Shown: positions 10,081-19,780 of the stretch, one piece after another
Position numbering within the stretch: position 1 is the stretch's first letter
Layout: every line of letters begins with the position of its first letter
Source of the DNA: Octopus sinensis
Lineage: Eukaryota
Length of the DNA stretch: 19,986 bases
Reading direction: 5' to 3'
NCBI RefSeq assembly: GCF_006345805.1
Contig: NW_021824094.1
Location: forward strand, 1-19,986
Position numbers and translations under genes: made by a program
Notes under the pieces: generated by a model
What the model was told of the DNA's origin: nothing
The model's database searches: none
The model's input: only the letters and a program-made list of their open reading frames with translations

Positions 10081-10312
10081 AAGCTAAAGCTATGAAAAGA
10101 AAATAATTTTGTACTGCGATTTAACACTAAATTAAGGGTGTGGCTTGGTATTTATACATATATATATTAACACAATACAAAATGGCCATAAGTTTTGTTA
10201 CTTAAAGTTTCACCTAACTAATCTCTCTGTAAATTGTATCATTACATAGTATTTAATCAGTTTTGAGTTCCCATTCTTATTTTATGTCGACACTTCTTTG
10301 ATAAGTTTTACA

Positions 10313-10494
10313 GTGGTGCTATAATACAAATTTACTGTTCCAATATGATCTAAATTGAAATCTTCTTCCATCAAAATTTCATGCCGACTTATGTTTCAAA
10401 TATCAGCTTAACAACAAGATTAATTTATTGAATTCTTCATTATTTTCAAACTTGGTTGAAACAAAAGCAATGTAATCCAATAGATATGTGTTAA
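10313..10494 (+). mobile_element. TTAA-ending MITE, 5'-degenerate copy 1
   Basis: TGATCTAAATTGAAATCTTCTTCCATCAAAATTTCATG... aligns with TGATCTAAATTAAAACTTTCCATCAAAATTTCGTG in copy 2; ends in TTAA at 10491-10494. Confidence 0.65.
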
Positions 10495-10565
10495 GTGGAT
10501 CCATCTCTACCGTTCTCAGAATGGCAAACAGTTGAAAAAACACTTCTGGTTTCCTGCCTGTTAGC

Positions 10566-11032
10566 TTAACCATTTTGACACCAACCCTACCTATTTCTTT
10601 ACTACCCACAAGGGGCTAAACACAGAGGAGACAAACAAGGACAGACAGATGGATTAAGTCGATTACATCGACCCCAGTGTGTAACTGGTACTTAATTTAT
10701 CGACCCCGAAAGGATGAAAGGCAAAGTCGACCTCGACAGAATTTGAACTCAGAACGTAACTGCAGACGAAATATGGCTACGCATTTCGCCCGGCGTGCTA
10801 ACGATTATGCCAGCTCACAACTCTACCTGAGACGAACTTTGGTTCTATGATCCATACTTCCCAAGTTAACGTGATCTAAATTAAAACTTTCCATCAAAAT
10901 TTCGTGTTAATCTATGTTCCAAACAGCAAATAAATAATGACAAATTTATTTTATTAAATTTATCTGAATATTTTGAATCAATGGAAACCAAGACAATATA
11001 TTTCAACAAAAATCGGGCAAGGAATGGGTTAA
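10566..11032 (+). mobile_element. piggyBac-type (TTAA) MITE copy 2, split by a SINE
   Basis: Begins TTAA-CCATTTTG (10566) and ends AATGGG-TTAA (11032), with short degenerate inverted ends; body homologous to 10313-10494. Confidence 0.7.
10593..10817 (-). mobile_element. near full-length SINE family C with TSD
   Basis: Head GTGAGCTGGCATAATCGTTAGC, B-box GAGTTCAAATTC, body GGGGTCGATAAATTAAGTACCAG; flanked by CAACCCTACCT (10582-10592) and CAACTCTACCT (10818-10828). Confidence 0.93.
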
Positions 11033-11533
11033 CCTGGCACAAAACATGGAATGCTTTATAAAAGAGGTTCTATGATTAAATTTCCGAAAAGAAATGTAAA
11101 ATCATTTCTGATATAATTTGTCAGTTATTGGTATTAAGTCATTGTATGATATACAGCAAGCAATAACAGCCATTTGTCAAATCGTTTCCAAAGAGCAGCA
11201 GTAGATTTGAAGAATTCTATGCCTTTACTATTTAAAGAAATAATTGAAGAAATTTGAAGAAATGTTTCTTAACAAAGAATTATGTATTAATTCTAAGCAA
11301 TGTTAATAAATTCTAGGTTAAGGAATTTCTGCTGAATCATTGTTAACAGAGGAATAAAATCTCCCCACGATACAACGACAATAAAATTTAAAAGTGAAAA
11401 ATTAGCCATCTTTTATTTATTTTCTGCTTTTTATTCTCCTCATTTTTGATCTTTAATCTGGCCTTCATGGAAATAGGTGTTGCAGGTTTCAACGAAATAT
11501 ATTTAGAATTCACTTTTGAAATTCAGTTTTAAG

Positions 11534-11750
11534 GATGATGATGATGGTGATGATGATAGTGGTGCCAATGATGATGACTGTCATAATGATGATGATGAGA
11601 ATGATGACAACAATGACGACGACAATTATGGTAATGCTGACGATAATGACAATGAGGATGGTGATGATGATGATCATGAAGATGATGATGATCATGAAGA
11701 TGATGATGGTGATGAAAATGGTGATGATGATGATGGTGATGTTCATGATA
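11534..11750. repeat. imperfect (GAT)n
   Basis: Direct inspection. Confidence 0.93.
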
Positions 11751-11807
11751 AATTTAATGAAACAATCACTGTTTTGAGTTTGTTTAACCCTTTAACATTA
11801 AAATTTC

Positions 11808-11934
11808 TCAGTCAAGCTGGAGCAACATGAAATAAAGGTCTTGCTCAAGAACACAACATGCAACCTGCTCCAGGAATTGAACTCACTACTCATGATTGTG
11901 AGTCTGATGCTCTAACCACTGAGCTATGCACCTT
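11808..11934 (-). mobile_element. SINE family D (CORE-like), 3'-truncated
   Basis: Aligns with 5927-6073 (CTGGAGCAA..TGAAATAAAG..TCTTGCTCAAGAACACAAC...CCAGGAAT.GAACTCACTAC...CTAACCACTGAGC). Confidence 0.88.
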
Positions 11935-11971
11935 TATATATATATATATATATATAATATATATATATATA

Positions 11972-12024
<53 letters not shown>
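11935..12024. repeat. (TA)n
   Basis: Direct inspection. Confidence 0.95.
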
Positions 12025-12028
<4 letters not shown>

Positions 12029-12291
12029 ACTTATAAAATAAGGGCAAAAGAAAAATTCTAATGCAAATATGCCGATAAAAAGACAAAATTGTCAATAGCC
12101 GTTATAATTAATGCGTCTCTTATAATGGTTATTGACAATTTTGTCTTTTTTTCGGCATATTTGGCATTAGAATTTTTCTTTGCCCTTATTTTATAAGTTA
12201 TTTATAAATTTAACCGTTAAAAGTATTTTTTGATATGCTGGCCATTGATAAAATTTTATTTTTCGAAAAAATATTTTATCCTACATTAGTT
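12025..12291. mobile_element. TA-embedded element with an 83-bp inverted repeat (putative Penelope-like pLTR inversion)
   Basis: Arms 12025-12107 and 12120-12202 are complementary with 3 substitutions and 2 single-base indels; 12-nt spacer; right side continues ~89 bp to (TA)n. The Penelope-like assignment is inference. Confidence 0.7.
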
Positions 12292-12312
12292 ATATATATG
12301 TGTATATATATA

Positions 12313-12500
12313 TCTTTTACTTGTATCAGTCACTTGACTGCAGCCATGCTGGAGCACCGCCTTTAGTTGAACAAATCGACCCAGGGACTTATTCGTCGTA
12401 AGCCTTGTACTTATTCTATTGGTCTCTTTGGCTGAACTGCTAAGTTATGGGGATGTAAACACACCAACATCGGTTGTCAAGCGATGGTGGGGAGACACAA
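12313..12500 (-). mobile_element. SINE family B, 3' half
   Basis: Reverse complement aligns with 16085-16270 (TTGACAACCGATGTTGGTGTGTTTACATCCCC...GGCGGTGCTCCAGCATGGCTGCAGTC). Confidence 0.9.
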
Positions 12501-12825
12501 ATATATATATATATATATATTCTTTAAGTCTATGCATATGGATGGCAGTCTGTTGTCTTGCAAGGAAAGCGGTTTCAGCAATTTCTTTCTGACCAAACTG
12601 TGCAAATGATTCGTTGATTGTGATCAAATGTTTTTGCTGTACGTCAGTTCACCCCCTCCATCAAACTGACAGGTGTTGAAGCAAATAAAACTGCATTGAA
12701 AAACTCTGGAAGGTAGGGCCCCATGATGGGCTGGATGGCTACAGTGAAATTACTAAGACTAGTTGAAGAATCAAAGAATTTAGACAGCTTTTATTCAGCA
12801 TTTTGACGGGGTCCACTGGGGGTGA

Positions 12826-13190
12826 GTGATGATGATAATGGTGATGATGATGATGGTGGTGGTGATGATGATGATGATGATGATGATGGAGATTGGTGGT
12901 GATGATGATAATGATGGTGATTATGATAATGAATATGATGATGATGGTGGTGATGGTGGTGGTGGTGATGATGATAATGATGATGATGATGGGATTGGTG
13001 TTGATGATGATAATGATGGTGATGATGATGGTGGTGATTATGATAATGAACATGATGATGATGATGATGATGGCAATGAAGATGTTAATAGTGATAATAA
13101 TGATGACAGTGATGATGATGAGGAGGATGAGCGTGATGATGATGAAGTCATTGATGATGATGGTATGATGATAATGATGATGATGATGAC
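12826..13190. repeat. imperfect (GAT)/(GGT)n
   Basis: Direct inspection. Confidence 0.93.
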
Positions 13191-13407
13191 AGCTGAAGGT
13201 GATTGGTTGCTCAATCTTGTTCTCGTCTTCTAAAATATGTTCGATACTTTGATCAATCAATTCAACTGTGGTGTTTTTCTTTGTTTTGTTATAATTTAAA
13301 TTTTTTTTTCTTTCCAATCTGACTAAAATTCTTGAAAGATCTTTTTCGGTAAAAAAAACAAAAAAACTTTTAAAATATGGGAAACCATTTGATATGAGAA
13401 CGAAGCT

Positions 13408-13423
13408 GGGTGGGTGGGTGGGG
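13408..13423 (+). other. G-quadruplex motif GGGTGGGTGGGTGGGG
   Basis: Four G-tracts with single-T loops. Confidence 0.75.
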
Positions 13424-13442
13424 TAACGACAGTACAGAATAG

Positions 13443-13509
13443 CACTACTACTGCTGCTACTACTGCTACTACTACTACTACTACTACTACTACTATTATA
13501 CTATTACTA

Positions 13510-13545
<36 letters not shown>

Positions 13546-13578
13546 TTACTACTACCACTACTACTGCTGCTGCTGCTG

Positions 13579-13633
<55 letters not shown>

Positions 13634-13645
13634 CACTACTGCTGC
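13443..13645. repeat. (CTA)n
   Basis: Direct inspection. Confidence 0.95.
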
Positions 13646-13674
13646 TATATATCATACAATGACTTAATACCAAT

Positions 13675-13723
13675 AACTCAGAACGTTACAATCCAAGAAA
13701 AATGCTTTTAAGCATTTTCGTCC
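13675..13723 (-). mobile_element. degenerate SINE family C fragment
   Basis: AACTCAGAACGT...TAAGCATTTT resembles the segment between the A and B boxes in the 10593-10817 and 17578-17800 copies. Confidence 0.45.
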
Positions 13724-13819
13724 AGTCAACTTTACCTTTCAGTCTTTTGTTTTTTGTAGGGGATTGCTAAAATGAAATATCAGTCCAGTGTTCGTGGGGG
13801 TGGGGTCTTAACTGGTATC

Positions 13820-14020
13820 GCCTGTGTTAGGTGCATTATGACACATTTCATGCCAGTCAGAGCAACCTAGGCAAGAACTTTCTCAAGATGTTCAACTAAG
13901 CTGTAGAGAATTTGGTGATTCCTTCAGCTTACCCTTAGGCCTATGGATGAGTCTTGCTGGCCATACAAAAGAATTTTAGGAATGCAGTCATCCTGCATTA
14001 GAACAACACTGAATTCTAGA
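13820..14020 (-). mobile_element. old, frameshifted RTE-type LINE 3' fragment
   Basis: Minus frame from 13998 reads MQDDCIPKILLYGQ, like the RTE M.D.R.PK.LLYG motif; later shifted frames give RPKGK and DWHEMCH. Confidence 0.5.
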
Positions 14021-14029
14021 CAGCATGGT

Positions 14030-14067
14030 TTATTATTACTACTACTACTATTATTATTATTTTTTTA

Positions 14068-14119
<52 letters not shown>

Positions 14120-14128
14120 GTTATTATT
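14030..14128. repeat. (CTA)/(ATT)n
   Basis: Direct inspection. Confidence 0.93.
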
Positions 14129-14132
14129 TTTA

Positions 14133-14348
14133 GGGTGGTGAGCTGGCAGAATCGTTAGCACACTGGCCAAAATGCTTGGCGGTATTTCATCCATCTTTAC
14201 ATTCTGAGTTCAAATTCTGCCGAGGTTGACTTTGCTTTAAATCATTTCGGGGGTCGATAAATTAAGTACCAGATGCGTACTGAGGTTGATCTAATCGACT
14301 GGCCCCTCCCCAAATTTTGGGCCTTGCACCTTGAGTAGAAAAGAATAA
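14133..14348 (+). mobile_element. full-length SINE family C
   Basis: A-box-like TGGCAGAATCG, B-box GAGTTCAAATTC, GGGGTCGATAAATTAAGTACCAG, A-rich end. Confidence 0.92.
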
Positions 14349-14350
14349 AA

Positions 14351-14433
14351 TAAGTGCCAAAGTACCAAATGAACTCCGGGTCAATGTAATTTCCTCAAAA
14401 TTTCAGGACCTGTTGTGTCTCTCACAGAAACGA
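14351..14433 (+). mobile_element. degenerate SINE family C 3' fragment
   Basis: AAGTACCA...GGGTCAATGTAAT...AAAATTTCAGG resembles the 3' part of the 18557-18770 copy. Confidence 0.5.
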
Positions 14434-14457
14434 TTATTATTATAATTATAATTATTA

Positions 14458-14489
<32 letters not shown>

Positions 14490-14739
14490 TTTTTTTTTTT
14501 TCCAGTTTATTTTTTAAATGTGACTGTTCAACCGAAGAGATAATTAGAGTCAGAAATTCATAGATATGGCAGCAACAATATAGAACTTGATCGAGGAGAG
14601 TATGTCAGGTGGTGGGGTCAGAAAAATGATAATGACAATTATTAATGACAAACAAAATAGCAGAGAGTGGGGGGGGGTTGTGTGGAATATAAGCAGGAAG
14701 AAGGTGGCAATGGAGACGATGCGTGGGTGGGGTGGCATT

Positions 14740-15200
14740 GATGACAGTAGTGATGGGGTTGACAATGAAGGGGTGTTGGAAGTAATGATGATAATGATGA
14801 TGGTGATGGTGGTGGTGGTGGTGATGGTAGTGGTAGTGGTGGAGATGGTAATGGTGGATGTGGTGTCGAAGATAATGATGATGATGGTGGTGGTAGTGGT
14901 GGAGGTGGTAGTGATGAATGTGGTGATGATGATGATGATAGTATTGGTGGTGATAGTGATGGTGATGGGTGTGATGATGATGGTGATGATGGCGACTATG
15001 ATGATGATGATGGTAGTGATGATGATGATGATGATAATGATGCTGATTGATGGTGGTGGTGCTGGTGATGATGAAGGTGACTATGATGGTGATGATGATG
15101 ATGATGACAACGATGGTGGGTGGAAGCAATGATGATGGTGATGAAGGTGACTATGATGATGATAATGGTGATGCTGATAGTGGTGGTGGTGGTGGTGGTG
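14740..15200. repeat. imperfect (GAT)/(GGT)n
   Basis: Direct inspection; source of the poly-His, poly-Met and poly-Val ORFs. Confidence 0.93.
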
Positions 15201-15299
15201 ATGTGCTTTTTGTTGTTCAATAAATATTGATCAATACATTCTGATGTCCTCCTCTCTCTATTGAATAGAGACACTGAGAATTGATTTCTTCACTTTGGC

Positions 15300-15359
15300 T
15301 GTGAGTGATTGAGCGAGAGTGAGAGTGAGAGAGGGAGGCAGGAGTGGGAGTGCCAGGGG

Positions 15360-15391
<32 letters not shown>

Positions 15392-15466
15392 GGTGGAGGT
15401 GGGAAGGAAATGAATGGGTGTGGGGAGGGCGCGGAAGAAGTGATATGAGAGTAAGGGAGAGTAAGA

Positions 15467-15500
<34 letters not shown>

Positions 15501-15836
15501 CAGACATGCATGTTCAGACATACATTAGTACAATACAATTACATACACACACACACACACAATTTCACACACAGAAACATACACACACATACACATACAC
15601 ACACACACATATACACATGTAAACAATAAATTGAAATACAACACCCACACATATACAGACATACATATACAGATTCAGACTCATACATACACACAGATGC
15701 CAACACACATACATACACAAACACATATATGCAGGCATGCACACACAGATACACAACATATACAGAAACACACACACTTTATATATACATACACATAGCA
15801 TATGTACGAATATATATATATTATATATATATATAT

Positions 15837-15873
<37 letters not shown>

Positions 15874-15907
15874 GCATGTATATATATATGCATGTATATA
15901 TATATAT
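15300..15907. repeat. (GA)n, (CA)n and (TA)n series
   Basis: Direct inspection. Confidence 0.9.
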
Positions 15908-16280
15908 GAGTGGTAAGAAGCTTGCTTCCCAATCACATGGTTCTGGGTTCAGTCCCACTACATAGTACCTTGGGTGAGTGGATTTGGTAGATGGAAACTG
16001 AAAAAATTCTGACATATATATATATATGTGTGTGTGTGTTTTTGTGTGCGCGTATTTTTGTATGTGTGTGTGTTTGTGTCTGTGTTTGTCCCCCACCGCT
16101 ACCACTTCACAACCAGTGTTGGTGTGTTTACATCCCTGTGACTTAGCAGGTCGGTGAAAAGAAACTGATAGACTAAGCACTATGCTTAGTACAGAGGTTG
16201 ATTCACTCAATTAAAAGTCTTTGATGCGGTGCTCCATCATGGCCGCAGTCTAATGACTGGAACAAGGTAAACAATAAGAG
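15908..16280 (+). mobile_element. SINE family B with internal TA/TG microsatellite and ~40-bp deletion
   Basis: Head GTGGTAAGAAGCTTGCTTCCC...GGGTTCAGTCCC, central (TA)/(TG), 3' half matching 12313-12500. Confidence 0.92.
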
Positions 16281-16282
16281 AT

Positions 16283-16357
16283 ATATACACAAACACACAG
16301 CACTACATGTTTACATGTACAGACTCACACACACACATAAATGCCAACACACACTCA

Positions 16358-16392
<35 letters not shown>

Positions 16393-16701
16393 TCCTACAG
16401 TTGTGAGCATGATTTACCATTTATATACAGAAATGGAATTAAATTTATAGAACAGTTTAAACTGCTTTGCCATTAGATATGTCAAATAAAGATATAATAT
16501 ATAAGCCTGGGTATTTGTGTGTGTGTATATATCTGTATGCCATCATGCATATATATATATATATATATATATTTATATGTGTGTATGTGTATATATGCAC
16601 ACAAACATATTTATATTTATATATATATACATATGTATGCACACAAACAAACATACTTAATATATATATATAATATATATATATACATACAAACACATGT
16701 G

Positions 16702-16751
<50 letters not shown>

Positions 16752-16905
16752 CATATATATACATATATATATTGTAAACATTTTTATATATACATGAATA
16801 GGTATTATTTAAGTGTAGCTGCACATATGCGCAAACAGGTATGTTTGCATATATATATATATATAATATATACCAGCTAGTCTGTGTCTACACACACACA
16901 CACAC
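16283..16905. repeat. (CA)/(TA)/(TG)n series
   Basis: Direct inspection. Confidence 0.88.
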
Positions 16906-17333
16906 AAAGACACAAACCTGTACACACAATTACAACGAAAATTACAAAATATGTAATAAGCAAAAATAAAATAAACAAATATGAAATAAAATAAAAGAAG
17001 AACCGAATCGCCCACACCATGCACTCTGCCTCTCCGAACACTGTTTCTCAAAACGTATAATTTGAAGGAATGTTCAACTGCGTAAGTAGCATGGAGAATG
17101 AAGAATCTGGTTCCAGAGACTGGCAATTAACAGTTCTGTGATACTTTTGGGCAAGTGCAGTCGATAATAGGAATTAGAGGAACGAGAACAGTAATTGAAG
17201 ATCACAAGAGATTTTATCAACATTTTCCAAAAATTTAAACAATAGACACTCTTTCATTTTATTCCTTATATTTAAAAGTATTGCAAATTTCCATTAAGAA
17301 CCAAAAAAAAACAGAGTGATAAATTATAATAAT

Positions 17334-17475
17334 AATCGTTTCAAAGTTTGGTCTATTTTGGCCAAAAGTTGTGATGGAAGGCATTTAGTTGATTAAATTG
17401 ATACCAAGGTATGACTGGTAACATATCAGAAGAAATGCTGCTAAGCATTTTGTCTAAGAACTCTGCTAGCTTGCT
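17334..17475 (-). mobile_element. degenerate, internally deleted SINE family C
   Basis: AATCGTTTCAAA at one end and CTAAGCATTTTG...CTCTGCTAGCTTGC at the other parallel the adjacent copy. Confidence 0.55.
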
Positions 17476-17486
17476 ATGTTGATAAT

Positions 17487-17533
<47 letters not shown>

Positions 17534-17577
17534 GTAATGATGATGATGATAATGATGATGATGATGATAATAATAAT

Positions 17578-17800
17578 AACGGTTTCAAATTTTGATGCAA
17601 GGCCAGCATTTGTTTTCGGTGGTGGGGATAAGTCGATTGAATCAACCCCAGTGTGTAACAAGTACTTATTTTATTATTGATCCCCGAAAGGATGAAAAGA
17701 GAAGTCGACCTTGGTGGAATTTGAACTCAGAACGTAAAGATGGATGAAATACCGTTAAGCATTTTGCTCAGCATGCTAACGATTCTGCCAGCTTGCCACC
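17578..17800 (-). mobile_element. full-length SINE family C
   Basis: Reverse complement starts GGTGGCAAGCTGGCAGAATCGTTAGC and contains GAGTTCAAATTCC. Confidence 0.92.
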
Positions 17801-17804
17801 TTGG

Positions 17805-17815
17805 TAATGATGATG

Positions 17816-17847
<32 letters not shown>

Positions 17848-17884
17848 TTTAAGGGGAGGGGTTTAATCAATAACATGACTACTG

Positions 17885-17917
<33 letters not shown>

Positions 17918-17975
17918 ATAATAATAATAAAGATAGTAGTAATAATAATAATGATAATAATGATAATAATAAAGA
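17805..17975. repeat. (AAT)/(CTA)n
   Basis: Direct inspection. Confidence 0.9.
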
Positions 17976-18148
17976 TCACTGTTAGAAAGAAGTTAAGCTG
18001 ATCCCCACTAACATTAACATTTTGTATTATGACCCTTTCAATTCAGCTTTTTAACATATTTTCTTTTTTTAGGGATTACTCAACTAAGAAAGGTCAGTAT
18101 TCAATCCCTGACCTTTTCCCAGGGGCTTCAGAGAATATTAAAAGTAAA

Positions 18149-18179
<31 letters not shown>

Positions 18180-18556
18180 AGGAAATAGAATTTTTGTTCT
18201 TGTTATCCCCCCCCCCCGCTGCCCCGCTCGGTACAGTTAAATCATTTAATAACGATGTTCCTATTATATTGTTGATATTTATTTGTGCTTTTAATTATAT
18301 GTCAACCAACACAATCAAATAATTTTTGCTCAGAAAAAAGAAGAAAAGGCTGATTAGAGCAGATTATCCCAGGAACAGAAGGAATTTAGAGGCTAGGCTA
18401 GATTAAAAGAGGTTGGGTAGTGGGGAAGCTGCTGTGATTTTTTTTTTTTTTTTTTTCTTTTTAACCCTTAAACTCTAATGGTTATGAACTTTATGAGTGA
18501 CTTTCGATCTGACGTACCTCTCGCACCGTACGTACACAAATACATACATCTATATA

Positions 18557-18770
18557 TTCTTTTCTACGCTAGGCACAAGGCCTGAAATTTTGGGGGAGGG
18601 GGGCCAGTCAATTAGATCGAGCCCTGTATCCAACTGATACTTAATTTATCGACCCTGAAAAGATGAGAGGCAAAGTCGACCTTAGTGGAATTTGAACTCA
18701 AAACGTAAAGACATGAAATATCACTAAGCATTCCACCCGGTGTGCTAACGTTTCTATCAGCTTGTTGCCT
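18557..18770 (-). mobile_element. full-length SINE family C
   Basis: Contains GAGTTCAAATTCC and GGGTCGATAAATTAAGTATCAG; tail like that of 14133-14348. Confidence 0.9.
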
Positions 18771-18819
18771 TAAACACATACATTTATATGCACACATGCC
18801 TGCAGGAACATAGGTACAT

Positions 18820-18856
18820 ATAGGTAGGTAGTAGTAGGAGGAGCACTCTGTCGGTT
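18820..18856 (-). mobile_element. tiny SINE 3'-tail fragment
   Basis: GAGCACTCTGTCGGTT resembles AAGCACTCCATTGGTT at 19783. Confidence 0.45.
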
Positions 18857-18875
18857 CTATATATATATGTATATA

Positions 18876-19028
18876 GGGCTTCCTTCAGTTTCTATCTACC
18901 AAATTTATTCACAAGGCTTTGATCAGCCTGAGGCTAGTGTAGAACACATTTGTCCAATGTGCCACACAGTGGGATTGAACCTAGAACAATGTGGTTGGGA
19001 AACAAACTTTTTACCGTACAATCATGCC
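18876..19028 (-). mobile_element. SINE family B, 5' half
   Basis: Reverse complement ...TCCCAACCACATTGTTCTAGGTTCAATCCCACTG...GGTAGATAGAAACTGAAGGAAGCCC aligns with 15908-16010. Confidence 0.88.
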
Positions 19029-19181
19029 AACACGTGTATTTATGTATGTATGTTTCTATCTATCTATCTATCTATCTATATATATATATATATATATATA
19101 ACAATTGCAGCATGAAAGGTGCTTATAAGCCATTTAAGAAACACACAAAACCGTTAGATTCACTTCAACATTTAAATTTAA

Positions 19182-19232
19182 TTTGTCAAAATATTTTCGG
19201 CGCTTTGAGATCGCGACCTGTTCACTGACAAA
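19182..19232 (-). ncRNA. candidate minimal type I hammerhead ribozyme, G3-C8 core variant
   Basis: Stem I TTTGTCA/TGACAAA (7 bp); core GTGAACA; stem II GG(T)CGC/GCGCC with a 9-nt loop; GAAA; palindromic stem III AATATT; H17=U. Confidence 0.7.
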
Positions 19233-19309
19233 ATTTCATGTGACCGCATGTGTACCGTTAGCGATTTTTTTCCTCTGTCTTCCCTTCTCTGGATCTTTCC
19301 TTCTCCTAT

Positions 19310-19344
19310 GTTTCCGACGAAGAGCTCCGCTCAAAACGTTAAAC
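19310..19344 (+). ncRNA. degenerate minimal type I hammerhead ribozyme
   Basis: Stem I GTTT/AAAC; core CCGACGA plus extra A; stem II GAGC-TCC-GCTC; AAAA in place of GAAA; palindromic ACGT; GUU triplet. Confidence 0.6.
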
Positions 19345-19440
19345 CCTCCTTCTTTTCTTCTTTCCTGAGCGTCCAATAATACTATATTTGTTCCACGTCC
19401 TGGCGTTGTGTTTTTTTGTGCTTTCTTGTTTGGATTAACC

Positions 19441-19471
<31 letters not shown>

Positions 19472-19780
19472 AAAATATATATATTGACAAAACCAGGAAC
19501 TTCCAAGGCCTCCAGTTATATTTTGGAGACTTCTCTGAAGTGGATTCCCAACAAAGGTTTAAGATCCACAAAGATCAGAACTTAACTGAAGTTCTTAGTG
19601 GTTCCAATGCAGATATGAAATTTATGTTGGTGTCTTTTCAAAACATTGTCTGGTTTGGAAAACCACAACAGATGCCATGATAGATCTAGATCTAAGGTGT
19701 AAGTACAAGAATTTATCAGAGACTCTACGTAAGGAGTAGACAACCACCACCTATATATATATGCAATCTTCTGACTTACT

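Larger units (their letters stand above)
19101..19440. mobile_element. 340-bp (TA)n-embedded element with hammerhead-like motifs on both strands (putative Penelope-like/retrozyme-like)
   Basis: Sharp (TA)n boundaries on both sides, CpG-containing interior, two divergent hammerhead layouts. Confidence 0.7.

Noticed and set aside
12245-12284. TTGATAA...GAAA-AAATATTTT-A, a hammerhead-like arrangement
   Set aside because: No credible stem II or stem I pairing.
13252-13259. TGATTGAT (Pbx/Hox-type site) on the minus strand
   Set aside because: A single 8-mer has no statistical support without conservation data.
15391-15430. G-rich stretch as a G4
   Set aside because: Requires a 12-nt loop and lies inside a GA-rich low-complexity tract.
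924-17985. Dozens of ORFs rich in YI, HT, VC, poly-I, poly-M, poly-H, poly-D or RE
   Set aside because: They are translations of di- and trinucleotide microsatellites that lack stops in some frames; no domain signature.
19492-19680. 62-codon open frame, plus a KTTTDAM motif in another frame resembling RT STTDA
   Set aside because: Flanking RT motifs (QxGF, F.D..KAFD) are absent; the match is too short.
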